Assembly: GCA_964344355.1 (NCBI GenBank)
Contig: CAYFNE010000020.1
Location: 120 to 64,119 of the forward strand
Source of the DNA: an uncultured Magnetococcales bacterium
GTDB taxonomy: Bacteria; Pseudomonadota; Magnetococcia; Magnetococcales; CAYFNE01
DNA: 64,000 nucleotides
Direction: 5' to 3'
This document shows, piece by piece, positions 1 to 10,516 of this stretch. A model generated the notes under the pieces. The model searched no databases. It was not told where the DNA came from and saw nothing but the letters and a program-made list of their open reading frames with translations. Every line of letters begins with the position of its first letter. The first letter of the stretch is position 1. The translations under genes and the position numbers were made by a program.

Positions 1-1
1 T

Positions 2-373
2 ATACTTAAACATTATGGTGAGTGCGATCTGGTCAGCAATGGTGAGGAAGCCGTGGACCTGTTTTCGGGGCAGCTTCAGGAGGAGGAGCCCTACGATCTG
101 GTGTTCCTCGATATCATGATGCCGGGCATGGATGGCCTGACGGCCCTGAAATACATGCGTGAAGAGGAAGAGGAAGCGGGCGTGCCGGGCGCGACCGAAG
201 CGGTGATCGTCATGGTGACGGCCCTCAATTCACCGCAACAGGTGATCTACGCCTATTTTACCGGCCGCTGTACCGACTACATGCACAAACCCATCACCTG
301 CCAGCGGGTCATCGACCTCCTGCACAAGTATGACCTGATCCCGGAAGAGATGCCGCAAAGACTGTCGGCCTGA
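2..373 (+). CDS. CheY-like single-domain response-regulator receiver, 5' end cut by window edge
   Basis: Frame is open from nt 2. 'DLVFLDIMMPGMDGL' acceptor-Asp segment and 'YMHKP' conserved-Lys segment of REC domains. Track ORF 53..373 is the in-frame tail. Confidence 0.85.
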   Translation: MLKHYGECDLVSNGEEAVDLFSGQLQEEEPYDLVFLDIMMPGMDGLTALKYMREEEEEAGVPGATEAVIVMVTALNSPQQVIYAYFTGRCTDYMHKPITCQRVIDLLHKYDLIPEEMPQRLSA

Positions 374-690
374 AAAGGGGCCGGTTCCGGCCGTCGAACC
401 CGGCCGGACTCCCCTGAAAAAGGCCCCCCGGGCGACCACGAAATGGCGCGGCCGACCATGATCCCATACCGATTCAAACCGTTGCGCCGACGCTTCCGGA
501 AAGATATTCAGTCATACCTTGACACGCACCCGCCAATCCTCGACCTTGTTTCCACGTCCGTGCGCGAAACGGGACCATCCATGGCCATGGGCACACCATT
601 TCAATAACTTGAACCTGGCAGGACGGTTTTCCCCCGTTTTCAATTCACTGGACATGCCACCACTTCCGCCTTGACCGGGAAATAGAGACG

Positions 691-1692
691 ATGACTTCAG
701 ATTCGAGCCTGGCCGCCTCGGCCGGGATGGAACTCAACCAGGATATCAGCGGCCTGAACACCGAGCTCGCCCAGGTCCGAAATCTCGTCCAGGATGCCAT
801 CGTCAAACTGACCGACAGCTTCAACGGCCTGCGCGACCAGACCGACTCGCAACAGAAGATCCTCCAGGGCCTCACCGAATCCATGGAAAACGAGATGGAT
901 GCCGGCATGGATGAACGGGGCCAGGAATCGACCATCAACATCCGTCAGTTCGTCGCCGAGACGGATAAGATCATGAACCACTTCCTGGAATATCTGCTCG
1001 AAGTCAGCAAGCAGAACATGAACATCGTCCACCGCGTCGAAAATCTTTCCGAACAGATGGATGAGATCACCTCGCTGCTGGAAGAGGTCAAGGACATCTC
1101 CGATCAGACCAACATTCTGGCCCTGAACGCCGGCATCGTCGCCGCCCAGGCGGGAGATGCCGGCAAAAAATTTGCCGTCGTCGCCACCGAAGTGCGCAAG
1201 CTGGCCCGCGACTCGGCCACCTTCAGCGACCGCATCGACTCGGTGGTCAACACTTCGGCGGAAACCCTGGAGGATGTGCGCATGGTCATCACCCGCATGG
1301 CCACCAAGGACATGAATTTCGCCATCCACGCCAAATCCCGCGTCAACCACATGAGCGATGAAATCCGGGAGTTGGACCGGGTGATGGGTGAAAGCCTGGT
1401 CAAGGTCTCCAAGACCTCCGATGACATCGGCGAAAAGGTCAGCGTGGCGGTGATGTCCCTGCAGTTCGAGGACATGGTGACCCAGATCACCCACAGCATG
1501 GAATCGAAAGTGTCGTTGGTCTCGGAATTTTTCCAACGCATAAGCGCCCTGCCCTTGAACGACGAGGCCGAACCCACGGAGCGGCTCCAGGCCCTGAACA
1601 ACGATGTCCTGATACTCAAGGAGCAGTATGACGCCATCAACAAACCGGTCGATCAAACCTCCCTCGATGAAGGGGATATCGAGCTGTTTTGA
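691..1692 (+). CDS. Soluble MCP-like signalling protein with a CheZ-like helix near the C-terminus
   Basis: MCP hairpin-tip signature 'SDQTNILALNAGIVAAQAGDAGKKFAVVATEVRKLA'. No hydrophobic segment. 'LQFEDMVTQ' at aa 257-265 (nt 1459-1485). C-terminal 'GDIELF'. Confidence 0.85.
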   Translation: MTSDSSLAASAGMELNQDISGLNTELAQVRNLVQDAIVKLTDSFNGLRDQTDSQQKILQGLTESMENEMDAGMDERGQESTINIRQFVAETDKIMNHFLEYLLEVSKQNMNIVHRVENLSEQMDEITSLLEEVKDISDQTNILALNAGIVAAQAGDAGKKFAVVATEVRKLARDSATFSDRIDSVVNTSAETLEDVRMVITRMATKDMNFAIHAKSRVNHMSDEIRELDRVMGESLVKVSKTSDDIGEKVSVAVMSLQFEDMVTQITHSMESKVSLVSEFFQRISALPLNDEAEPTERLQALNNDVLILKEQYDAINKPVDQTSLDEGDIELF

Positions 1693-1716
1693 GGAAAGGC
1701 ATCACCGGGGGAGGGA

Positions 1717-2586
1717 TCAGACCGGATGGCGGTAGATGGCCGGCGCCACCCGCACCAGGGGCGTGTGAAAACCGTTCAGGCTTTCCGATCGGTCGAGGAA
1801 CAGATAACCGCCGGGCATCAGATAGCGGAGAAACTTGCCGATCAGGGTCTCCTGGGTGGCCCGGTCGAAATAGACCATGACATTGCGACAAAAGATGATG
1901 TCCATCCGCTCGCGCAGGGCGAAATCGTCATCCATGAAGTTCAATCGCCGAAATCGCACCATGTCCCGCACTTCCGGAATGACCCGGATTTCCCGCCGGC
2001 CGCGGTCCTTGCTTTTCAGCAGATATTTTTTTTTCAGTTCCACCGGCATGGCACTGATTTTTTCCATCGGATAGATGGCGTGGGCAGCCCCCTCCAACAC
2101 CCGGCTGGAGATGTCGGTGGCCAATATCTGCGAGCGCAGACCGATGCCGGGAAACCGTTCCGTGAACTCCCTGAGGACGATGGCCAGGGTATAGGGCTCC
2201 TCGCCGGCGGCACAGCCGGCACTCCAGACCGACAACGGCCGGCGCACCCCGGCGCCCAGATTTTTGATCAGGTCCGGTATCGCCTCCTGGACCAGATATT
2301 CCAGTTGGGTCTGTTCGCGAAAAAATTCGCTCTTGTTGGTGGTGACGATATCGATGAAATGGATCAGTTCATCGCTCTCCGAGCGGGTGTCCATCACCTG
2401 GTCGACATAATCGCCGGCGGAGCGCAACCCCAGGCTGCGCAACCGTTTTTGGATACGGGCCGCCAACATGGGCCGTTTGGAGTCGGGCACCATGATGCCG
2501 CACTGTTCGTTGATGAAACGGCTCAACCGCCTGAAATCCCTTTCCGACAGCGTGGCTTCCCGCCCAAACCCGTCGGCGGTGCTCAT
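1717..2586 (-). CDS. cheR: Chemotaxis protein methyltransferase CheR
   Basis: 'SEFFRE', 'VWSAGCAAGEEPYTLAIVL', 'ILATDIS', 'CRNVMVYFD' SAM-methyltransferase motifs. First ATG is at 2586; the track start 2601 is GTG. Confidence 0.9.
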   Translation of the reverse strand: MSTADGFGREATLSERDFRRLSRFINEQCGIMVPDSKRPMLAARIQKRLRSLGLRSAGDYVDQVMDTRSESDELIHFIDIVTTNKSEFFREQTQLEYLVQEAIPDLIKNLGAGVRRPLSVWSAGCAAGEEPYTLAIVLREFTERFPGIGLRSQILATDISSRVLEGAAHAIYPMEKISAMPVELKKKYLLKSKDRGRREIRVIPEVRDMVRFRRLNFMDDDFALRERMDIIFCRNVMVYFDRATQETLIGKFLRYLMPGGYLFLDRSESLNGFHTPLVRVAPAIYRHPV

Positions 2587-2617
2587 TCCCGGCGGCTCCA
2601 CATGATATCGACACCCC

Positions 2618-3835
<1,218 letters not shown>

Positions 3836-3945
3836 TCAAGAAAGGGGAAAATGCCCCCTCATCGATGGTGAGCGAAACCCATCCGGGAGCAAAATCCCAC
3901 CCATTCCGACAACGGGGCACCACTGCGGACCAACGGGGAGTTGCC

Positions 3946-4836
3946 GTGAAAGAGATCAGTGACGAACAACTGCTTGCCGAACTGAAACGCCGGTTCAATC
4001 AAACCAAGGAGGCCCTGCACGACATCCGGGCCATCACCAAAAAACTGGAAGAGATGAACCGGAGACTGCAAGCCTCCGAACAGGTGAAAAGTACCTTTGT
4101 CTCCCTGGTGAAAAATGAGATCAACAATCCCCTGGGCGCCATCCTGGGATTGTCCGAACAGCTCAACAAGGGCTATGTCGATGCCGAGTCGGTGCCTTCG
4201 GTGGCGGCGATGATCCACAAAGAGGCCTTCGGTCTCGACTTTCAACTGCGCAATATTTTCGCCGCCGGTGAAATCGAGGCCGGGGACACGGAACTGGAAG
4301 TATCGTTGGTGGACATCCCCAGCATCATCAGCAGCACCGTCGACACCTTCAAACATCTCATCGACGCCAAAAAACTCAAGGTCACCACGCCCGACGGCGA
4401 AAAAATTCTTTTCAAGACCGACGCCGCCAAGCTGACATTGATCATCACCAACCTGATTGACAACGCCATCGAATTCAACCGGGAAGGCGGTGGCATCACC
4501 ATCGAGGCCAGCGTTGCGGATGAAATACTGACCGTCGCCATCGCCGATACCGGCATCGGCGTCGATCTCACCCGCACCGGCCGCCTGTTCGACGCCTTCC
4601 ACCAGATGGATCACGGCCTGAGAAAATCCTACAAGGGCCACGGCCTGGGACTCTCCATCATCAAGGCCCTGCTCGACATCCTGGAAGGTGAAATCAAAAT
4701 TTCCGGCGCCGACCAGGGCGGCACCGTCTTCACCATCACCATCCCCGAATCCGCCGCCACCACCGGTTCGGACTCCTTCGCCGTTGAAGGCAATGAGTTC
4801 TTCTTCGATGACGACGATCAGGAAGAGGCTTTCTGA
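3946..4836 (+). CDS. Soluble histidine kinase (coiled coil + HisKA + HATPase_c)
   Basis: No H-box His is evident in the HisKA-like block 'FVSLVKNEINNPLGAILGLSEQL' (Asn where His is expected). N/G boxes 'NLIDNAIEFN', 'DTGIGV', 'GHGLGLSI'. GTG at 3946 follows GGGGAG (3935-3940). The ATG at 3865 is an alternative start. Confidence 0.8.
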   Translation: MKEISDEQLLAELKRRFNQTKEALHDIRAITKKLEEMNRRLQASEQVKSTFVSLVKNEINNPLGAILGLSEQLNKGYVDAESVPSVAAMIHKEAFGLDFQLRNIFAAGEIEAGDTELEVSLVDIPSIISSTVDTFKHLIDAKKLKVTTPDGEKILFKTDAAKLTLIITNLIDNAIEFNREGGGITIEASVADEILTVAIADTGIGVDLTRTGRLFDAFHQMDHGLRKSYKGHGLGLSIIKALLDILEGEIKISGADQGGTVFTITIPESAATTGSDSFAVEGNEFFFDDDDQEEAF

Positions 4837-4838
4837 AC

Positions 4839-5312
4839 ATGAATGACCAGGCCAAAGGTGACGACACCTTCCTGTTGCCGGGCGCCCTCTTCGCCAAAGA
4901 CGGACACTACACCATCACCACCGTTCTCGGTTCCTGCATCGCCGTCTGCCTGTGGGACTCGAACAAAAAAAAGGGCGGCATGAACCACTACAAGCTGCCC
5001 CTTTGGAACGGCGAAGGGTTGCCATCGCCCAAATATGGCAACATCGCCATTGAAAAACTCCTGGAAAACATGCTGGACATGGAATGCAAGCAAGCCAACC
5101 TCCAGGCCAAGGTGTTCGGTGGCGGCGCGGTGATCAAAAATACCCGCGGCACCTTCAACGTCGGTGAACGCAATATCGAAGTGGCGCACGATTTCCTGGA
5201 AAAATATCGCATCCCCATCACCGCCATTCACGTCGGCGGTGATTTCAGCCGCAAGGTGATTTTTGACACCTATACCGGCAAAGTGTTGATGAAAAAGGCC
5301 AGATCGGGATAA
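4839..5312 (+). CDS. cheD: Chemoreceptor glutamine deamidase CheD
   Basis: 'TVLGSCIAVCLWD', 'GGMNHYKLP', 'KVFGGG', 'NVGERNI' CheD signatures. ATG lies 2 nt after the upstream stop. Confidence 0.9.
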   Translation: MNDQAKGDDTFLLPGALFAKDGHYTITTVLGSCIAVCLWDSNKKKGGMNHYKLPLWNGEGLPSPKYGNIAIEKLLENMLDMECKQANLQAKVFGGGAVIKNTRGTFNVGERNIEVAHDFLEKYRIPITAIHVGGDFSRKVIFDTYTGKVLMKKARSG

Positions 5313-5363
5313 ACTCCCTCAACCGCACTCTCCATGTACTCCGCACGACACGGGCGCTGAAGA

Positions 5364-7079
5364 ATGGACAAAAAAAAGAGATCATCAACCGCAAAACTCC
5401 TCTCCCTGCTGAACAAACAGATCGAACAACTGGAAGAGACGCCGCTCTGGTGCAAAACCGGCTTTCTCAACGTCGGCGGCCACATGGGCGACCTCTCTTC
5501 GGGGTTCGCCTCCGGCGCCGGTCGGGCGGTCTCCATCCAGGAACGCATCACCACCAGCGGCGCCCTCGGCCTGACGCCGCTGCTCCAGGACCTGCGCAAG
5601 ATCAACCGCGAGATGACCACCCTGTTCCGGGTGGTGGAAAATGTGCTCACCAACAAGAGCAACGTCACCGGATACATGGACTCGGTGACCGATTGGGCGC
5701 TGCTGGTGGAGCAGGACGCCTTTCTGCCCTCCCTGGTCAATCAGGTGAAAAACACCGATACCGACACCCTGGAGTTGCAGACCCATGGCGCCATGATCGA
5801 CAGCCTGATGCGGCAGATCCGGCTGTTGATCCAGGAGATCATCTCCGCCAGTCAGGAGTCCTCCATCCGCATCAACAACCTCTCACGACGCATCACCGCT
5901 GACCTGGAAACCTGCCGCCATGGCCGGCTGGCCCTCAAGGAAAATGTCAACGCCACCCTGCGCAACATGACCAAATCGGTCAAGCGGATCGAAAAATCGT
6001 GCAAAGAGATGGAAGCCAACGTCGAACCGGTGAACGCGGTGTTGTTCGAAATGGTCGGCGCCATGCAGTATGACGACATCACCAGCCAACGTACCGAACA
6101 CGTCATCGAAATCCTGCGGCAGACGGCGGAAAAAATCGCCGACGGGGAAAATCCGGAAAAATCCCGCCGTTGGGCCGCCGTCGCCATGCGCATCACCATC
6201 GATCAGATGAAGGAGATCGACAACGATCTCTCCAAGGCGGTCAAAGGGTTGCGGGAAAATCTCAACAGCGTCACCAAACATTCCGAATCCCAGCGGAAAA
6301 ACATCACCAAGACCCGCCGTGCCGGCATGTCCTTCCGCAAGGACAGCGCCGACATCGCCTATCATCTTTCCACCCTGCTGCGGCTGCCGATCTTCGAAGA
6401 TGGTCTTTCCAGCGAGGTGTTGCGCTCCCTCTCCCAGGCCGAAAACGCCGTGTTCCAGAGCAAACGCGCCCTGGAAATGCTGGGCATGACCGCCGACCGG
6501 CTGGAAAAATTGACCGGCAACCTGGATGCCCGCGGCAATGAACGGGCCAAACTGCTCAACGAGCGCATCCACGAGTTGGCCAAACGCATCCACAAAGAGA
6601 GCAAGACCCAGAACCGGGAAGCCGATCAGGCGGCCGACCACCTGCAAAAAATCAATGAGGAACATGCGGAAAAGGTCACCCCGCGCCTGATGCAGACCAA
6701 CAGCCTGCTGCGGCGCTTCCCGCTGGCGACCGGGCGCATGGATACCGGCAACAACACCGTCCTGGAATTGATGAACGAAAGCCTGCGTGAAGTCCAGGCC
6801 ACCTCCATCCAGATCGTCCTGCTCATCACCGAACTCACCTTCCATAAACGGGTCCACGAGGTTTTCAAACCGGCCACCGAGGCCCTGCAGCAGATCATCC
6901 ATGAAATCGCCGGCGATCTGGGAAAAGAGCTGGAAGGGGATCTGGGCGCCCTGCTGGAAGAGTTCGCCGATCTCAACAACCTCTACACCATGGACAGCGA
7001 ACGGCGGGTCCAGGACGCGGCCCTGGGCATCGACAGCGGCGACGGGGAAGAGGAGGACGACGGCATCGAGTTGTTCTGA
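5364..7079 (+). CDS. 571-aa coiled-coil protein with a CheZ-like D-x3-Q helix and acidic IELF tail (function unknown)
   Basis: 'MQYDDITSQRTEHVIEIL' (aa 234-251, nt 6063-6116) parallels E. coli CheZ '[19 protein letters not shown]'. C-terminal 'EEEDDGIELF'. Heptad-rich, no TM segment. Confidence 0.6.
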   Translation: MDKKKRSSTAKLLSLLNKQIEQLEETPLWCKTGFLNVGGHMGDLSSGFASGAGRAVSIQERITTSGALGLTPLLQDLRKINREMTTLFRVVENVLTNKSNVTGYMDSVTDWALLVEQDAFLPSLVNQVKNTDTDTLELQTHGAMIDSLMRQIRLLIQEIISASQESSIRINNLSRRITADLETCRHGRLALKENVNATLRNMTKSVKRIEKSCKEMEANVEPVNAVLFEMVGAMQYDDITSQRTEHVIEILRQTAEKIADGENPEKSRRWAAVAMRITIDQMKEIDNDLSKAVKGLRENLNSVTKHSESQRKNITKTRRAGMSFRKDSADIAYHLSTLLRLPIFEDGLSSEVLRSLSQAENAVFQSKRALEMLGMTADRLEKLTGNLDARGNERAKLLNERIHELAKRIHKESKTQNREADQAADHLQKINEEHAEKVTPRLMQTNSLLRRFPLATGRMDTGNNTVLELMNESLREVQATSIQIVLLITELTFHKRVHEVFKPATEALQQIIHEIAGDLGKELEGDLGALLEEFADLNNLYTMDSERRVQDAALGIDSGDGEEEDDGIELF

Positions 7080-7146
7080 CCGTTGCCAACCCGGTCGGGC
7101 CGTCCCCATCCGGGTTCGGACAACCGGGTGTCCGGATGGAACCCGG

Positions 7147-7977
7147 CTATTCTTTCGATGGATCGCCCGGTTGGGGATTTACCGGATCGGCGGCGGTCCC
7201 CGACTCCCCGGACCGTTCACCGGCCTTCAGTTGATGGAGTTGCCGGTATTTGCCCATCGACCAAAACCCGAAACCGATGATGGCGAGGATGGCGATGATG
7301 CCGAGGATGGCCATGATGGGATTGGCCGCCATGGTGATCACCGATGCCCCCCGGGAGAACACGACGGCCACGGCGATCAAACCGAACAGCAGCGACACCA
7401 GACCCTGCAACAAAAAGCGCGCCCCCAGGGTTCGTTTGACCCGTCTGCTGGCCGCTTCGCTCCGGGGCAGGATCACCTCCCCGTCCGGATTCATGCCGCC
7501 GATCCAGTCACAACGGGCGGTGAGGTGCTCGATACAGGCCCGGGCATCCTCCGGACTGAGTAAAATCCGGATGTCCCCGGCCCAACTGCGCTCGATGGTC
7601 AGTGGAACGCTTGCCGAACGCCGGCCATCATCCTGCATCTCCACCCGGGTTCCGGCGTGGACCAGATGGATCTTTTCCAGCGGCACCTTTTTCCGGTAGA
7701 TGTTTTTGAACACCACGTGGCTGTCGGTGCATTCGATCCACCACCAGGGGAGGCGCACCAATCGAAACAGCACCACCACCAGGGCGAACGCGAACAGATG
7801 CTCCATCCAGCGCAGCGTTTCCGCATCGCGCTCCGGAAAAAGCGCCCCCTCGAACAGCAACATCCCGATCAGGAACCAAAATCCGTAAAACAGGGGTAAC
7901 AGGAGAGCGAACATCAACAGATCGCCGGCCTTTTGCGAGCCGGAAACCTGGAAGGAAAGTGTCGTTCGATCGGTCAT
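7147..7977 (-). CDS. Four-TM membrane protein with a soluble central insert, unknown function
   Basis: Two hydrophobic pairs (LLMFALLLPLFYGFWFLIGMLLF / LFAFALVVVLF and LLFGLIAVAVVF / IMAILGIIAILAIIGFGFW). Starts 49 nt downstream of the cheA stop on the same strand. Confidence 0.6.
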   Translation of the reverse strand: MTDRTTLSFQVSGSQKAGDLLMFALLLPLFYGFWFLIGMLLFEGALFPERDAETLRWMEHLFAFALVVVLFRLVRLPWWWIECTDSHVVFKNIYRKKVPLEKIHLVHAGTRVEMQDDGRRSASVPLTIERSWAGDIRILLSPEDARACIEHLTARCDWIGGMNPDGEVILPRSEAASRRVKRTLGARFLLQGLVSLLFGLIAVAVVFSRGASVITMAANPIMAILGIIAILAIIGFGFWSMGKYRQLHQLKAGERSGESGTAADPVNPQPGDPSKE

Positions 7978-8025
7978 AACCTCGATCCCTGAGGATATCT
8001 GCCGTAGCCCCCCTTGAAAACCGGG

Positions 8026-10131
8026 TCAGGCGGCGTTTTCGGTTTCGTCGGTGGTGAACTGGACCATTTTACCCAGGTCCAGGATCAGGGCCACGGAACC
8101 GTTGCCGAGAATGGTGGCCCCGGAAAATTCCTCCGAATGGGCGAAATGCTTGCCAAGATTTTTGATCACCGTCTGATGTTGACCGATCACCGAATCGACG
8201 ACGAATCCGACCCGTTTGTCGTTCACCTCGGAGATGACCACCTGTTCGATTTCCGGTTTGTCGGCATGCAGGTCGAAACGATCGCGGATGCGGATATAGG
8301 GGACGATTTCGTTGCGGACGTTGATGATGTGGCGGCCTTTGGCATTTTCAACATCCTCCGGCGACAACTCCACACACTCTTCGACCGCCACCAGCGGCAG
8401 GATGAAATATTCATTGGCGACCCGCACCAGGAGTCCCTCGATGATGGCCAGGGTCAACGGCAGTTTGAGGGTGATGATGGTGCCACGCCCCAGTTGGCTC
8501 TGCACGTCGATGGTGCCACGCAGCGCATCGATGGCCTTGCGTACCACATCCATGCCGACGCCACGGCCGGAAACATTGGTGATTTTGGCGGCGGTGGAAA
8601 ATCCGGCCCCGAAAATCAACTGGTAGGCCTCATGATCCGACAGGACCGTATCCGGCGAAACGGTTCCCTTTTCGATGGCCTTGGTCCGTAATTTATCCGC
8701 ATCCAGGCCTTTGCCGTCGTCCTCCACCCGGATCAGCACGTTGGCCCCGGAGTGGATGGCCGAGAGCAAAATTTTGCCCTCTTCCGGTTTGCCGTTGGCC
8801 TTGCGCTCTTCGGGCAACTCGACACCATGGTCGATGCTGTTGCGGATGATGTGGACCAGGGGATCGTTCAACTGGTCGATGACCGTCTTGTCCAGCTCGG
8901 TTTCGGCGCCGGCGGTGACCAATTCGATCTTTTTGCCGAGTTCCGTCGACAGGTCGCGCACCAACCGCTTGAACTTGTTGAACGTGGCGCCGATGGCGAG
9001 CATGCGGATGCTCATGGTGTTATCCCGCAGTTCGCCGGTGAGACGATCCACCTCTTCGGAAATCAACTGCAGATCGTGGTCACTCAGGGAGGTGGCGGTC
9101 TGCGAGAGTCGCGCCTGTACGGTGACCAGTTCGCCGACCAGGTTGACCAGGGTGTCCAGGCGATCGGAGGGCACGCGGACGCTGGTGGTGGGACGGGCGG
9201 TCTCCTTCTGTTTTTCCTTTTTGTTGCGGGCCAGCTCCTGCTCCGCCAGGGCCGCCTTGACCGATGCCTGGGAAGCGGCGCCCGAGGCCACCAGCCGTTC
9301 ACCCAGGGGTTGCAACACCCGGGTCAGCTGTTCCGATTTCACATCCCCCCGCTCCACCAGGATTTCACCGAGTTTTTTCTCGGTATCCCCGGCCACCATC
9401 TCCTGTTCCTGATCCAGACGGCGGATGTTGAGATCGCAGGCGTCCTCGACGAAGATGAATACGTCACGGATGGTATTTTCATCCTCGGAGGTGGTCAGGA
9501 AGACCTCCCAGTGGGCGTAACATTTTTCCGGATCCAACTCCGCCGGTTCCGGCAGATCGTCGGTGAAGGCCACCACCCGGAACTCGCCCATGTCCCGCAG
9601 TTCACCAAGCAGCAACAGCGGATTGGCGCCCATCTCGAAAATGTCGGCGGCGAGCTTGAAACGGACCCGATAGTTGTGTTGATCGTCCCCTTGTTCCTCC
9701 GCCGGGGCGGCTTCGGCGCTGGCGGCGGCCGGCGCCTCCCCTCCCCCCTCCCCGGGGATGAGAGCCTTCAAGCCGGCGGTGATGGTTTTGGCCTTTTCGG
9801 GATCGGCCGGCGCCCCGCCGGTGGCGGCGTCCAGCATGGAGCGGATCTGATCCCGGGCGGCCAGGGTCAGATCGATCAGTTCCTTGGTGACCGGTATGGT
9901 GTTGTTGCGGGCCAGATCGAACACCGTTTCCACATCGTGGGTGAATGCGGCCACGTCGTCAAAACCGAACATGGCCCCGGACCCTTTGATCGTGTGCATG
10001 GCCCGGAACACACGCCCGACCAGGTCGGCATCATCCGGAGACTCCTCCAGCTCCAACAACAAGTCCTCCAACTCCGACAGGAGTTCGTAGGCCTCTTCGG
10101 TGAATACGCTGGTATCGATCTCCATACTCAT
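8026..10131 (-). CDS. cheA: Chemotaxis histidine kinase CheA
   Basis: Hpt 'RAMHTIKGSGAMFGF', HATPase 'DDGKGLD' and 'GRGVGMDVV', C-terminal CheW-like domain. Confidence 0.95.
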   Translation of the reverse strand: MSMEIDTSVFTEEAYELLSELEDLLLELEESPDDADLVGRVFRAMHTIKGSGAMFGFDDVAAFTHDVETVFDLARNNTIPVTKELIDLTLAARDQIRSMLDAATGGAPADPEKAKTITAGLKALIPGEGGGEAPAAASAEAAPAEEQGDDQHNYRVRFKLAADIFEMGANPLLLLGELRDMGEFRVVAFTDDLPEPAELDPEKCYAHWEVFLTTSEDENTIRDVFIFVEDACDLNIRRLDQEQEMVAGDTEKKLGEILVERGDVKSEQLTRVLQPLGERLVASGAASQASVKAALAEQELARNKKEKQKETARPTTSVRVPSDRLDTLVNLVGELVTVQARLSQTATSLSDHDLQLISEEVDRLTGELRDNTMSIRMLAIGATFNKFKRLVRDLSTELGKKIELVTAGAETELDKTVIDQLNDPLVHIIRNSIDHGVELPEERKANGKPEEGKILLSAIHSGANVLIRVEDDGKGLDADKLRTKAIEKGTVSPDTVLSDHEAYQLIFGAGFSTAAKITNVSGRGVGMDVVRKAIDALRGTIDVQSQLGRGTIITLKLPLTLAIIEGLLVRVANEYFILPLVAVEECVELSPEDVENAKGRHIINVRNEIVPYIRIRDRFDLHADKPEIEQVVISEVNDKRVGFVVDSVIGQHQTVIKNLGKHFAHSEEFSGATILGNGSVALILDLGKMVQFTTDETENAA

Positions 10132-10150
10132 GGCATTTTCCCCCGTGGAT

Positions 10151-10516
10151 TCAACCCAATACTTTCTTGATCACACCCAGGAGCTGGGGTGGCTTGAATG
10201 GTTTGACGATCCAACCGGTGGCGCCCGCCGATTTGCCTTCCGCCTTGCGGGAGGCCTGGGATTCGGTGGTCAGCATGATCAAGGGGGTAAATTTGTATTG
10301 CGGCATTCCCCGCAAATTTTTGATCAGGGTGATGCCGTCCATGACCGGCATGTTCAAGTCGATGATCAACATGTCGACCGGTGTTTTCGCCAATTTGTCC
10401 AGGGCATCCTGGCCATGTTCGGCCTCCACCACCTGATAACCGGCGCCTTTCAGCGTCATTCCGACCATTTGCCGCATGCTGGAAGAATCATCGACGGTCA
10501 TGATTTTTTTGGCCAT
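10151..10516 (-). CDS. cheY: Chemotaxis response regulator CheY
   Basis: 'KIMTVDDSSSMRQMV', 'IIDLNMPVMDG', 'GWIVKPF'. ATG at 10516 preceded by GGGAGG. The upstream 108 aa of the track ORF have no motif. Confidence 0.9.
   Translation of the reverse strand: MAKKIMTVDDSSSMRQMVGMTLKGAGYQVVEAEHGQDALDKLAKTPVDMLIIDLNMPVMDGITLIKNLRGMPQYKFTPLIMLTTESQASRKAEGKSAGATGWIVKPFKPPQLLGVIKKVLG

Noticed and set aside
374-430. Terminator after the first receiver gene (AGGGGCCGG...CCGGACTCCCCT).
   Set aside because: The stem is imperfect and there is no U-tract, so it is not convincing enough to annotate.
616-632. Sigma-54-like TGGCA element (CTGGCAGGACGGTTTTCC) upstream of the soluble MCP gene.
   Set aside because: The GG-N10-GC spacing is not met; TT occupies the -12 GC position.
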